Below the pieces are notes generated by a model. That model had not been told where the DNA came from. It did not search any database and worked only from the letters and a program-made list of their open reading frames with translations. A program made the position numbers and the translations under genes. A DNA stretch of 64,000 nt from assembly GCA_043228905.1 (NCBI GenBank), contig JBHGNT010000020.1, positions 5,952,001 to 6,016,000 on the forward strand, given 5' to 3'. This DNA comes from Azolla caroliniana (lineage: Eukaryota > Plantae > Polypodiophyta). Below, piece by piece: positions 1-12,413 of this stretch; the first letter of the stretch is position 1, and every line of letters begins with the position of its first letter.

Positions 1-1184
1 TCTGTCCCGACTTGACTACTCTTCGGCGCCATAAAGGCGCCCTCGATATTCACACCAAATGTACATGGGTGCGTACACACGTTGCACCCCACCGATGTAG
101 ACAATGTTTCCCGGTTTTCGCCTATGGCCGAAATTCTTCACGACATCCGCCCCCACCTAACTGCACGTCCACCGGTACGTGCCAATCTGGTTGAAGGGTG
201 AGAGATTTCGGCCGGTGAGAAACCGGTCTGCCGTGATCCGCATCTCGGCTCGCTGCCGGTTTGATCCGGCGGCTTCGAGTCTTCCTTCGCGCTCGCCTCC
301 CCGTAGGCTCGTTCAACCCGTCGATGGGTCCTCTGCGGCGATCTCCATAGCACGCGTTCATCCGTTGGCCCTTGTTCGGCCGTACGAACGCCCCGCTTCC
401 CGCCGTATGCCCGATGTCCTCCGCTAGAGGAATGCCCGTGGCAGCCCGCTTGGCCTCCGTTGTCGAATGATGATGTCCCGATGGTGTCTCGCGTCGCCTT
501 CGTCCTTCCGCCACCACCTTCCTTCTCCATGGTCTTACATCGCCGCGTCGGCTCGAACCGCCATGGTCTCCGGAACGGTGTGGAAGATCCCTTTCCGGCC
601 TTCTCCGCGCTCGCCTTTCCGCTCCGGCACCTCCGTGTGTTACCTACCCTCGTCTGTTGTTTGGTACTGCCCGTGTTGCACTCCTCGTTGGCCCCTTTCC
701 GGCCTGATCGTGCATCGCTGTTCACCCGCATACCGGTGTCCTTGCATCCGAGGAACACCCCGTAGTAGCCCGCTTGGCCCTTCCCGTCGTCGTGCTGCTG
801 AAACAGGTTCTGGGTCTTTCGCTTGCCGTCGTCCCCTCGCCCCCACCAGCTTGTCACCCCGACTTGCCGTGTCAGTCTTTGTTACTTCGACGGAGTTACC
901 GAGATCTATGAAGCGAGTGTGGAGGATCCTCCTCCGGCCTCTCTTGCCGTCCTGGTTCTGACCCTGTGCAGTCCACTAGGCACTTGTCCCTTCGTTCTCG
1001 GCACCTCCCTTGTGCCGTCTTCCGCTTCCTTCATTCGGCCTCGCTCGCGCCGAGCACCCTCCCGTAGTCACGCTTCGATCCGGCCCGTGATGGCCACTCG
1101 CGAGACTCTTGTTCTGTCCAAGGTGTGCCTTTCCAGCCTGACACACCTCCCCGTGTTCACCCCTATCGGCTCCTTCCGATACCT

Positions 1185-1720
1185 CGTGTCGTCGGGTCCC
1201 GTTCCCTGCCGCCACCGTCCTTCTCCCCCGGTCTCATGTTGCCACGTTGGCCGAACTGCCGGAGTCTCCGGATTAGTGTGAGGGTCCCATAGGGCCGGAC
1301 TCCGTTTCTATGCTTGCTGAAAGTCGGGTGTCTTTTGTTTGAGTCCCTCCCGGACTCTCCTCGTGCCTTCCGCGTAGCCGGGTCCCGTTTCCCGCCGCCA
1401 CCAACTTTCTCTGTCGGTCTCACAATGCCATGTTGGCCGAACTGCCGGAGTCTCTGGCTAAGTGTGGGGATCCCGTAGGACTGGACTTCCTTATGCCCAT
1501 TGTCTTTGTCACCTCGCCGCCACCGTCAGTATCTTGGTCTTACGTCGACCGTGTTGCTGACTGCCGAAGTCTCTAGAACCGGTGTGAAGGATCCTCTGTA
1601 GACCGGCCTTCCGTAGCCCTTGCCTTCGTCACCTCGCCGCCACCGTTAGTATCTTGGTCTTATGTCGACCGCGTTGCCGACTGCCGAAGTCTCTAGAACC
1701 GGTGTGAAGGATCCTCCGTA
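1185..1720. repeat. Internal imperfect tandem repeats in the gag-only element
   Basis: ~121-bp duplication (gtcacctcgccgccaccg...gaaggatcctc at ~1507 and ~1628). A related pair lies at ~1190 and ~1378 (gggtcccgtt..ccgccacc...ttggccgaactgccggagtctc). Confidence 0.75.
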
Positions 1721-2776
1721 GGCCGCCGATTTGTCTTCCTGACCCTGTCCTGGGTCGTCCTTCTCCGTATGCCGAGAGGGCGTTTTGTTCCGCACCCTCT
1801 CCCGTGGTACCGACGTATCGTGTCCTCGGCCTCTTTGTAGGCCAGCTCTCTTCCTCCCTCCTGGAATGGTCATCCGGGAGTCCGCTCCGCCCGGTTCTCG
1901 CTCGGGTTCGTTCGTCTTTCTCCGGATTGCCGAGTCCCGTTCTCCTGTCGCCACCGATCTCTCTTGTCGGACTCACGCCGGCACTCGGGCCTGCAGCCGG
2001 ATCGGTGTAAGGAAACCCATAGGACCGGCTTTCATTCTCTTTCCAAATCTCGACCTTCGCCCGGTCGGTCTTTCTCCCCATGTAAAAGAGGGCGGCTTGT
2101 CCCGCACCCTCTTCCGTATCGGCCCCTTTCATGCCGAAACCGGACCCGATCGAACGATCCATGACCGGATCACGCTCCACTCGTATCGGAATGCCGATCC
2201 CCTCGTGCCGCGTCTGCCCTCGGCCTCCTCGCAGGTCGTTTCCCATCCGACTTTGCTGGCATCGTGCCAGGACTCCTCGGTACCGCCATCCAACTCCTCG
2301 GTCTTACATGGGCATACGGGCCCGAATGCCGAGTTCTCCGGAATCGGGTCCGTGGGCTTTCGTCCGCTCCTTCCCCGTATCGTCACGCCGGTGATTCTTG
2401 GCCCTTCGCCGCCGCCTTCCTCCGCTTGGGACTCACGTGGGCACTCGGGCCCGACTGCCATCGTCTCGGGAGCAAGTGTGGGAAGACACAAGGAATCGCC
2501 CGTCCGTTTTACGCCCTTGTCCGTAGCCACCGGCTCTCCGTGGTCGGTGGTCGACTTCTTACCGATCGCGCAAGCCCCGTCTGGGCTTGCTTCTCCAATG
2601 AACGGGATCTCGGGCTGACACGCCCGAAACCGCTAGTCCCAACGTTCCGGTTCCTCGATCGGTATCTCGGCCTCGTCCTTGGCCGTTCTATCTCCGCAAG
2701 TCGAGAGGGTGGCTCGTCCCGCGCCCTCTCTCGTGGTACCGACGTACCCTTCTCTTTCGGCCTCCTCATCCTCCGA

Positions 2777-3481
2777 TCACCTCCGGCCCGACTCCATAAT
2801 AAGCCCTTCTTCGGCTTCTTCCCGATGTGATGGCACGCCATCGCGTACCTTCCTCTTAGCCTTCTCGGCTCGCTCGTTGTCTAGCCTTTGGCACACCCTT
2901 CCGACCCTCGACCAGTCCTCCGTAAGCCCATTCGCTTCATCATCGTCTTCGAGCTCAATCCCGATGGCTTCCCGTTCCGCTCGGTCGATCGACCTGACGA
3001 ACAAAAGGATTTTGTCCGCCCCCACCAAACCTTGTTCCCGCTCTGGGAGCCAAGCAAGTCGTCGCTCGAATTCCCGGAACGCCTTCGTCGCACCCCGGTG
3101 GGTCTTTGCCGATGCTACCCACTGGTCGAAGTGGTGCCGTCCCTGGCTCTTCTGCCGTCCTCCGTATGCCTTCAGGAGCGCCTCTTCGAAGGCCTCCCAC
3201 AAACCACGAGCCTCACGGAGCTCCATTACTTCCGTATGCATCCAGACAGCTACGACCCAACAGAAGAACTCCAGCCTCAACGCCTCGTCTACACCACGCT
3301 CTTCCATTTCCGCGTTGTAGGCTTCCAAGTAAGATGGGACTTTGTCCCCGTTGAAACGGCCGACTCTTTCGACCACTCGCCCAACCGCTTGTTGCGCTGC
3401 TTCTCGGCTCATCACCACTCGTGCCGACTCCAACACCACTTCGGCCACCATCTCTGCAAGGTCGTCGTCTTCCGACTCCAT
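2777..3481 (-). CDS. gag: Gag (capsid-like) protein of the non-autonomous element
   Basis: Starts just after the PBS. Aligns by eye with the Gag at 27519-28076 (VGRFNGDKVPSYL / IGRFSGKDATSYL; ILLFVRSIDRAEREAIG / VLLFVKSVDERDREQVG). Confidence 0.8.
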   Translation of the reverse strand: MESEDDDLAEMVAEVVLESARVVMSREAAQQAVGRVVERVGRFNGDKVPSYLEAYNAEMEERGVDEALRLEFFCWVVAVWMHTEVMELREARGLWEAFEEALLKAYGGRQKSQGRHHFDQWVASAKTHRGATKAFREFERRLAWLPEREQGLVGADKILLFVRSIDRAEREAIGIELEDDDEANGLTEDWSRVGRVCQRLDNERAEKAKRKVRDGVPSHREEAEEGLIMESGRR

Positions 3482-3496
3482 CCTCCCTTGCCGCCT

Positions 3497-3514
3497 TTCA
3501 CGTCGGGTTCACCA
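3497..3514 (-). promoter_or_regulatory. Primer-binding site complementary to tRNA-Trp 3' end
   Basis: TGGTGAACCCGACGTGAA, 4 nt inside the LTR. Complements the plant tRNA-Trp(CCA) end TTCACGTCGGGTTCACCA (recalled sequence). Confidence 0.8.
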
Positions 3515-3518
3515 AAGA

Positions 3519-4281
3519 TGTCGCGTTGTTACGCGTGTGCGTGGAGAAAGGCGGGACCACGGGGGTCTTGGACTAGGGAGTGACGGAGCGTAGGAAGTCG
3601 CACTTCACCATTTTTTGGGGCACCCCTGAAACGCACCGGAAGCAACCGAAGAGAGAGAGGGAGTGAGAGAGCGTGCTTGACACCGACTCACGCTCGCGCA
3701 CACACACACACACACACACGCACACACACCCTCTTGTACAGGAAAGTAGGGAAGGAGGGGAGCACCCGACACCAACGAGACGCCAATATACACAGACAGA
3801 CGCAAACATAAATGTATATATATATAAGAAGAATACACTCCCGGCTTCGAGCCGGACCAGGATAGTTTACAACAGTCGTCTGCTGTCAAGCCGCCGTCGG
3901 GGAGCTCTCGGGCTCGTCGCGCCGAGCAGGGTCTTGCACAAGAGATAAGCTGCAACCAACCCTAAACGAACACGAAGGGGAAGAAGAAGAAGCAGAAGAA
4001 ACCTAACCCTAAACCTACCGGTATACCCTCTAATCCAAAATGGGCAACCCTTTTACAAAGGGCGTTCCCTCCATTTTATAGAACAAGGAGAGGGATGCGT
4101 TACAATGTGGGACAAATCTCGACTTTCATGGGATCGTCTGTCCCGACTTGACTACTCTTCAGCGCCATTAAGGCGCCCTCGATATTCACACCAAATGTAC
4201 ATGGGTGCGTACACACACTGCACCCCGCCGATGTAGACAATGTTTACCGGTTTTCGCCTATGGCCGAAATTCTTCACGACA
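3519..4281 (-). repeat. 5' LTR (763 bp) of the gag-only element
   Basis: TG...CA termini. The last 145 bp are near-identical to 1-145, and the U5 end matches 27420-27475. Confidence 0.9.
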
Positions 4282-5329
4282 TCGTAAATCCTTAACATTG
4301 GAAGGTCGTGGCCAATTTAGTACCGCTTCTATATTAGATTTATCGATAAACACAACTGACCTAGATATGTGGTGTCCAAGATATGTAACTTCGTTTTGAA
4401 AGAAATCACATTTAGATAGTTTGGTAAATAGATTGTATTCACAAAGCTTGTCCAAAACTATTTGGACATGACGCACATGATCCTCAAATGTGTTACTATA
4501 TACCATGATGTCTTCAAGGAATACGAGCACGAAATCGCCTAGCTGATCTTTGAACATATCATTCATCAATTGCTAGAATGTGGCTGGAGCATCTGTTAGT
4601 CCAAATGGTAGAACCCGAAACTCATAATGACCATAATGAGTTCAGAAAGCTATTTTGGAACCATTTTCTTCCAAAACCTTGATCATATGATAGCCAATGC
4701 GCAAGTCTATCTTAGTAAAATATCTTGCACTTTGGAGTCTATCTATCAAGTCATTAGAACGAGGCAAAGGGTAGGAATTGCGAATGGTGAGTTTATTCAA
4801 ACCCTTGTAATTCACACACATTCGCCAAGTTCCATCCTTCTTCTTGGCTAAGATGATGGGAGCTCCCCATGGCAATTTGCTATACCGGATGTGTCTCATC
4901 CTCAAGTACTCCTTGATTTGTTGGGCAATTTCATCCTCTTCGGTTTTGACTCAACTGATAAGGGGGTATGCTCACAGGTTTAGTGCATGGAACCAAGTTT
5001 ATCTTATGATCTATAGAACGAGAAGGAGGTAGTCCTTGAGGTAACTTATCTGGGAATATCTACTTAGAATGCGACAAGATGTCACGTAGAGCATTTTTCT
5101 CAAAATCATCCAATGAACTCTTATCTACAAATTGATACAAAGGATCATTGGTTTGTAATATACGTGTATGCATAAAATTGTGCATCGACATTTTGATCAT
5201 ATGCATAAAGATGTTTAATAGACATTAAATTGTTTATCGCAGTCCCATGAATAAAAACTTGTTGGTTGTTATTTCCTTCAAAAGAAATAGTATGATCCAA
5301 CAAATCGATATCAATACTATGTCTATTAT
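4282..5329 (-). pseudogene. pol: Outer (oldest) chromovirus-type Ty3/gypsy, RT segment
   Basis: PWGAPIILAKKKDGTWRMCVNYKGLNKLTIRNSYPLPR and VLVFLEDIMVYS...FLED-type catalytic motif, YLGHHIS. The reading continues across copia A (GYIWFYN at 20307 joins NRHSIDID at 5329). Confidence 0.8.
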
Positions 5330-5740
5330 TGTAAAAGAATACGTGTGCGGAAGCGTATGCGTAAGAGCACCGAGTACACGGTTCGGAAGTACGACAGTTC
5401 CGTAGAACACAGAAATCACAGAGAAAGAGAGGGAGAGACAGAGTGAGCAGAAAATACAAAACTATATTCAAATAATTCTCTGTATGTTCTCTGTACATAC
5501 TTGGTGCTCAGTGAACACCTTTTATACAAACCCTGACTATCGGGCTAACACAAGTACTGATAGTAGTTGACCGCTTATAAATGAGCCTTCTACACTAACT
5601 CCCAAAACTATTCCTTATGAGGAATAACGTTCTAACGACCTTCTGGTTTAAACACCGCCACGACCATACTTTGCGTACGGTTTTACGCACCCAGTCTACG
5701 TACTGGTTTATGCACCCAATGTTAAGCTTGTCTGTCAACA
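5330..5740 (-). repeat. 3' LTR of copia A
   Basis: Direct repeat of 19904-20306 with TG...CA ends, adjacent to PPT complement ctccccctcaa. Confidence 0.9.
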
Positions 5741-6181
5741 CTCCCCCTCAAAGTCAACTTGAGGTTCCATATGCTTTTCTGGGTCTTCGCTCCGGCTTCT
5801 TCTAGCTTCACGCCTCGCTCGTGCTCCTCGACCCGTCCGATTCTACACGCTTTGACCCTTTCGGTCGGCTTGTCTGCTCATGTGGCCTTTCTTAGCTCCC
5901 TTGTTGTTGCGGTGTTGGCGCCTATTTCGCTACTCTTTCCTCTGCTTGGCCCTTAGTCGATTCGTAATGTCCGAATCGAACATTTCGATTAAATCGGTCA
6001 TTTCCGATTCAATTCCTTTTACACTTAAATTGGCTGCATTTCCCTTTGGTTTGACTATCTTCGACTCTTCTTTTCGATTACAACCCCTATTTTCTTCTTC
6101 GGCTTCTTCAACCGACCCGAAATCGAATTCTTCATCCGATTCGGCATCGCGGTCACTACCGCTCCTTTAACGCTCCTGTTC

Positions 6182-6874
6182 CTATCTCCCCCTCAAGTTT
6201 GGCGTGTCGAGATGATGCAAACCGAGCTCACCCGAGAAATGCTGTAACTTGCTGAGACCAAGGGGCTTGGTGAAAATGTCGGCAACCTGCTGACCCGTCG
6301 AAACATACGCCAGTTCGACTTCACTAGAAAGGACACGCTCGCGGACGAAGTGGTAGTGCACCTCAACGTGCTTGGTCCGGGCATGGAATACTCTTCGCAA
6401 GGTGGATGTTCTTCAGATTGTCGCAATAGATCGTCGTTGGATCAGACACCTCTACATGCAGATCCCGTAATAGCCGTTTCAGCCAAATGACTTTGCACGT
6501 AGCGACAATCGCCCCTCAATATTTGGCCTCAGTGCTCGACAATGCTATTGTTGGCTACTTCTTACTGCTCCATGCGATCGCCACACTTCCCAATGAGAAT
6601 GCGTATACAGATGTGGATCTACGATCGTGGGCATTTCCGGCCCAATCGGCATTTGTGTAGCCGACTAACTGCTCGACTACGTCTGCACGATACAACAACG
6701 CCATGTCTTTCATGCTGCTAACATATCGTAATATCCTTTGCATGCACTGAAAGTGTTCGGTCGTGGATTGCGACATAAATTGACTGATCATTCCGATCGG
6801 ATAGCTGAGGTCCGGCCGAGTGATCATCAAGTAGATGAGGCTTCTGACAATCTGTCGAAACCATGTCGGGTCGC
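6182..6874 (-). pseudogene. pol: Copia A RT C-terminus and RNase H
   Basis: TRPDLSY, GYTNADWAG, AWSSKK, HARTKHVEVHYHFVRE, QVADIFTKPL, with stops and frameshifts. Confidence 0.9.
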
Positions 6875-9800
6875 TGTTAGGAATAGTACTAAGACAGAGA
6901 AGGAATTAGTACTAAAAGAAGTATTAGTACTAAGAGAGGTGAAGAACTCTCGAGAGAAGGAAAGAGTGAGTGAGAGGGAGAGAGAGTGATGATAAGAAAA
7001 GATATGTATTATGTGAAGAGAATGTACAGTAGTAGCTAGGAGGCTTAAGACTGGCGTTGAACCGATTTGGTTCGAAATAATGCCTTGTGCCTCCATTTCT
7101 TGTGTTCTAAGGAATACTCCTGAAGCTCTAGAATGTTCTAGAGAAATCTGGAATATACATAATTTTCTATAGTAAAACATAAATGAAAATAATATTCTAC
7201 GTATTACAATGTATGGTCTAATGGTCAAGAGCTCGACCCATGTAGCATAAGGTCATGGGTTCGAGTCTTGCCATATCATGACACTATCCCCCCTCTAAAA
7301 CGACGAGTGTAACGAGTCGTTTTGGATTGAGGACCCGGTTTGTCTAGATATTGACGATGGAAGTCTTTAAGAAGAGCACGAGCATTGGTGACATTCTCTA
7401 TCGGTTCCCAAGTACGCTCGCTTGGACTATATCCTAGCCAATCGACTAGATAGTAGAGCTTGTTGCAAACAATCTTGGAATCAAGGATGGCGGCAACCTC
7501 GTACTTAGGTCCATCCTCAAGCTCGATCGGGGGCGGAGGCTGTGTAATACGTCATGGGATGGTGCTCTCTTGATAGGGTTCGAGGAGAGAACTATGAAAC
7601 ACCGGATGTATCCGAAGTTGCGGAGGTAGATCGAGACGAAAAGCGACATTGTTAATCTTTCCTATAATACGGAAAGGACCTAATCGCCGATAATCCAACT
7701 TCTCGCATGGGCGAGTAGTCTTGATGTGTCGTCGTAGTAGCCATACCCGATCTCCAATGTTAAAACTGGATGGGAGTCGATGACAATCCGCATAAACCTT
7801 CTGTGTTTGTTGAGCTTGTTGGAGATGAGTTGATAAATCCGCTTGTATCTTGCGTAACCGCTCCAAATGATCCTCCGCGCAAGGATTTGTGGACACCTCT
7901 AGGGTTTCAAGAACACACCACCGGGGGTGACATCCCATATAAGCATAAAATGGCATAACTTTAGTCGATGCGTGGATAGAGTTATTATAGGAAAATTCAG
8001 CGAAGTGACTTGATGAGAAGATCCCTCTAGAAAATGCCTCCATTGCATAAAAGAGTCCACTATAGCCAATAGCTATTTATCATGAATTTCGTAGTTGATT
8101 TCGGCAGCTTCAAACTTGCATGAGTGAAAAGCCACAGGATGTAGCTTTTCATCATTACCTCGTTGTGATAGAATGCTCGCCAATGCAAAATCCGATGTGT
8201 CCGCTTCGATGATGAATGGTTTTTCTGGATCAACGTGAGCTAGAATTGGAGCCGATGTAAATGTCTGTTTAAGATTCTCAAAAGCCATGTCCGCTTCTTT
8301 AGACCAAACGAACGATTGTCCCTTCCTAGTAAGTTGTGTAAGAGGCAAAACGAGCTTTGAGTAATCCTTTATAAACTTCCAGTAAAAATTGGCAAAGCCT
8401 AGAAAGCATTGCACATCCCGCACCGAATGCGGAGTCTGCCATTCTACCACCGTTTTGACCTTAGCTGGGTCCATGGAGATGCCTTCTGAGGAAATGATAT
8501 AGCCGAGAAATTCCACCTAGTTGCGCCCGAAACTACATTTTTCCAGCTTTGCATAAAGGCCATTTTCTCGAAGTCGTTTTAGTACTAACAGTACATGAGA
8601 ATCATGCTCTTCTTGGGTCATTGAGTAAACCAGTAGATCATCCAAATAGATGATTAGACACACATCTAAGAGATCTCGGAAAATATCATTTGCCATGTGC
8701 TAGAAGACTGCTGGTGTATTAGTGAGGCCGAACGGTAGGCCCGTATACTCGAAGTGCCCATATCTGGTGCGGAACGCGGTCTTCCATTCATCTCCTGGTC
8801 GGATCCGTCTTTTAGAACCTTACACCATTGATCCGTTCTAAAAGACTTGAGATAAGGGGGAGTGCATACCTATTTTGGATTGTAACCTTATTCCAGCCAC
8901 GGTAATCTACAACGAGACGAAGTGAGCCATCCTTTTTCTTGACGAAGAAAATGGGTGCGCCGGCTGGAGATTTTGAATGTCGTATGAAACCATTCTCCAA
9001 ATTCTCCTCTATATAGGCTTGAAGGACTTCCAGTTCGGTTGGTGACAGATTGTAGATCGGTCCCCATGGTGACTCTTTCCCCAATTGTAAATCGATGGGG
9101 CAATCATAAGGTCGATGGTGAGGAAGCGTATTGGCTTGTACTTTATCAAACACATCGGCATAATGACGATACTTCTCTGGAAGTTGAACGCTGGATTCCT
9201 CTTTAGTGGTACTGGAGGGTTTTACTGATATTGTGAAGAGGAACATTTCTTCCTTGCGTCCTTCCTCACGCAACTGATGTATTGAAATCGTTGCAATCTC
9301 ATGAGTAGACCCTCAGACTTTTCGATGCCGGATTTCTCTTGTTTGCCAATCTATGTCTGGGTTATGTAATTTGAACCATGGTAGTCCTAAGACAATGGGG
9401 TGTTCTGGGATGCTAATTATATTAAATGATACGACACATGCTAGATTATCTAGGACAATATTAACGGGCTTTGACTCTTCTGTGATATTTTTGGAAGCAA
9501 TGGGACGACCATCAATAACTATTACAGAGGCAGGACACGGGAGTTTTCTGAGAGATATTTGATGAGCTTGGGCAAATTTCCTATCCATGAAGCAAGAATT
9601 AGCCCCGGAATCTAGAAGTGCTAAGACATGTATTGGAGGAGTACTTTTAGTACTAACTGTTACTTGGGCTACGAACACATTGCTAACTTGCTTAGAGGAA
9701 ATGGAACCACTAATGGGTTGCATAGATCTAGGGCTGTCAAACCAATCGGCTCCTATTTTGGCTGGACTTAGTCGTTTAACTCTTCCTCTAACTAACTAAG

Positions 9801-10075
9801 GACATCAAATTTGTTCGCTAGATTTGGGCTATCAGTACTATTAGGACTATCAGATATCCCTACTGAAATAGACTCGTGTTTAGTACAATCAGAACTAGTA
9901 ACTATTTGGTTTACCTGCTTTCTTGCCCTATGGGGACAGTTTACTGCGATATGCCCTGGTCCACCGCAATAAAGACATAGTTGGTTTGCTCGGCGTCGTT
10001 GCTTTTCTTCTTCCGATAGCGGTCCATGACGAGGTGTGGTGTCAATTTCCATCGGAGTTGGAGTACTTACTAATA
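6875..10075 (-). mobile_element. 5'-truncated Tcn1-like chromovirus (3' LTR 6875-7283) with an internal integrase deletion
   Basis: Colinear with 39378-43610. CCHC knuckle CLYCGGPGHIAVNC, PR LLDSGANSCF, RT YLDD, and chromodomain YEVAAILDSK...TWEP at ~7330-7510. About 980 bp is missing at ~8008 relative to 40540-41515. Confidence 0.9.
7207..7279 (+). promoter_or_regulatory. tRNA-like Pol III A/B-box cassette at the LTR U3 end (copies at 39747, 44973, 45776)
   Basis: A box TGGTCTAATGG 7214-7224 and B box GGTTCGAGTCT 7258-7268. The 44-nt offset equals tRNA positions 8 to 52. Confidence 0.65.
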
Positions 10076-10089
10076 GAAAATGAAAAATT

Positions 10090-10270
10090 AGGGGTTTTGA
10101 GAGATATGGCTTCCGTAGGGAAAATTAGGATTAGGTTATATGAGTATTATGGCTTCCATAGGGAAGATTAGGGTTTTGGAGTGTTATGGCTTCCGTAGGG
10201 AAGATTAGGGTTTTTGAGTGTTATGACTTCCGTAGGGAAGATTAGGGTTTATGAGAGATATGGTTTCCCT
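10090..10270. repeat. Minisatellite, ~38-bp unit containing TTAGGGTTTT
   Basis: gagtgttatggcttccgtagggaagattagggtttt repeated about 5 times imperfectly. Confidence 0.8.
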
Positions 10271-10639
10271 AAGATAAGGGAGTTGAGAAGGAAAAGAAAA
10301 TTAAGATAATATGGAGAGTCAGTCCTAGTGTAGGAAAAAAATGGAATATATATGGTGTTCTCCCTTGATCATAGCCTTTCCACTTTTTGTTGCATGGCCT
10401 CTACTTTTAGTTGCTTAGCTTTTTCTTTTAGTTGCATCTATTTTTAGTTGCACGTGACCGTCCACATGATCTTTACTTTTTGCATGCACTCCAACTTTAG
10501 TTGCTTGCGTCCACATGGCCTTTACTTTAGTTCTCTTCACTTTACTTTAGTTTGTTGCATGATCCAATCTTCCGTCCGTCCGCGTCCAACCTCGTCTGGT
10601 AGCTGGTTCCACCCGATCGCCGAATCCCTCGTCGGCTGG

Positions 10640-10965
10640 TTCCATTTTGCTTGCCGATTGCGGTTGCGGTTTTGCTTACAGGCCGGTTTCCAGTTTTTCT
10701 TGTTGGACAGTTCCAGTTCTGGTTTTGCTTGCCGGTTCCGGTTCTGGTTTTGCTTACCGGCCGGTTTTCGATTTTGCTTGCCGACGGGTTCCGGTTTTGC
10801 TTGTCGGTTCCAATTCTGGTTTGCTTGTCGGTTCCAGTTCCGGTTTTGTTTACCGGCCGATTTCCGGTTTGCATACCGGCCGGTTTCCGAATTTGCTTAC
10901 CGGACCAGTTTCCGGATTTGCTTACCGGCCGGTTTCCGGATTTGTTTACCGGCCGGTGTCCGGTT
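10640..10965. repeat. Minisatellite, ~18-25-bp unit tttgcttaccggccggtttccgg
   Basis: More than 10 degenerate copies. This repeat explains the repetitive FAYRPVSG/NRPVSK ORFs. Confidence 0.85.
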
Positions 10966-11278
10966 TTAGGGAATCTGGCCACCATCATCCATTAAGACAA
11001 AGTGGCCAAAGTGCTCTTAACACAAATGAAAAATGAGGGAGCTCAAGGTGCTTATATAGCCAGGGCCTTAACTTTCCTATCTATGTGGGATAGTTCTAAT
11101 TTCCCTATCTTCTCAAACTTTATTTTCACATAAGTTGATATGTATTTCTCCATTTTGTATATAGTAAATACATTTTGAAGCTCTTGAGTATATCCATCTT
11201 TCTATAGTAAGCTACTAATCTAATCTATAATAATTATTTCATTATTTTTTTACATAGTGTGTGAAGATTCACACGACA

Positions 11279-12413
11279 CCGTATGAAAGCCGACATAGCG
11301 GAATCCATGAACGGAAACACGATCAACTACAGACCGCACATTCGGATCAACCTAGGTCTACCGATCACACGGATACCGATCCCGGGTGGCAAGCACTTGC
11401 GGACTCCCAAATCTCAATGCCGTAGCATGCTGCTCCACTTGTTACCTCGCTTGAAGGAGATGGTCCATTCACTCACAAATCGGGATACGTTGCATCCATC
11501 CGTAAACCTCACGACCCCGACACCAGGACCTCCTCTGATGGATTCACAAAATCCAACCATACAACTCATCTTACGAGGTCACAAAGTTCCCGGATGCATT
11601 ATCGATGGTAGGTCAGGCGTCAATGTGAGTAGTGAAGTGACATGCAACAAGATCGACATCACTCAATGGGAGCCGTGTCCATTTTGGTTATGAATGGCGG
11701 ATACACGGTCGATATACTCGATAGGCCTCATCCAAAACTTGGAATTTACCTTGGGAGGGCACGCTTTTACCGTGTCAACCGTAATCTTACGATTGGAGGC
11801 CCCCGATGCGTACCCCCTCCTACTTGGATGTCCATGGTTGTGTACTGCCAACATCAAGTAGCACTGACAGCGTAACGGGAAAACCAAAGTCCACATTCTT
11901 ACGAAAGCACAGAACTCGACTCCTCCTGACAACAACCCATTATACGCTAAAGGAGTCCATATGTTAGATGGTCTCGCGGATGACGAGATGAACTCGTTCT
12001 TGGATGAGCACCCTACAATAGTTCCACTTTCTGAAATCGACTTCCTTTCCGCTGTCAAACCCTACGAAGCCAACGCCATCGATCACGAAGTTTCCCACGA
12101 ACCTGACCCGGCATCAATAAAAGCACTTCAACAAGCCCATGATGCAGTTGGCCGCGAGTTAGCAATATCGCAACGTGTAAAAGCCTCCACCTTAGAAGAT
12201 GTCAACCTCAGCTCACCTTCCGAGCCACGTATCGTAAAAATTGCCAAAGACCTAGCAACTAGCAACAAAACGGCCTTAATAGGACTACTTACGGAGTATC
12301 ACGACGTCTTCGTGTGGTTCTACAACGACATGACAGGCCTAGATCCTCAGTACTACCAACACTAGATACACCTTCAAATGGATGCACGGCCAATTCAACA
12401 ACAACGATACCGT
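11279..12413 (+). pseudogene. Non-chromovirus Ty3/gypsy fragment (gag end, protease, pre-RT linker)
   Basis: CIIDGRSGVNV protease motif, WEPCPFWL, LTEYHDVFVWFYNDMTGLDPQYYQH. Same family as 50680-51540. Confidence 0.75.

Larger units (their letters stand above)
1..4281 (-). mobile_element. Non-autonomous gag-only LTR element of the Ylt1-like family; 3' LTR runs off the window start
   Basis: 5' LTR 3519-4281 (TGTCGTGAAG...CGCGACA on -). Bases 1-145 repeat 4137-4281. tRNA-Trp PBS 3497-3514 and PPT at 146-160. Gag ORF 2777-3481 is present, and no PR/RT/RH/IN motifs were seen in 146-2776. Confidence 0.85.
10076..11278 (-). mobile_element. Fragment of another LTR-like element with internal tandem repeats
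   Basis: Begins TGTCGTG on - at 11278, flanked by CCGT. TATATAA on - near 11052-11058. Repeat arrays at 10090-10270 and 10640-10965. Confidence 0.45.

Noticed and set aside
138-2830. Many overlapping ORFs as captured genes
   Set aside because: High GC and low stop density explain them, and no recognisable domain was seen.
7207-7279. Functional tRNA gene
   Set aside because: Acceptor and anticodon stems do not pair properly, and the sequence is an integral part of each LTR. Kept only as a tRNA-like promoter.
10090-10270. CRISPR-like array or interstitial telomere
   Set aside because: Units are tandem with no unique spacers and there are no cas genes. TTAGGG occurs once per unit and not as a telomeric run.
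10448-11036. Overlapping repeat-protein ORFs
   Set aside because: They are a by-product of a stop-free minisatellite that is open in several frames.
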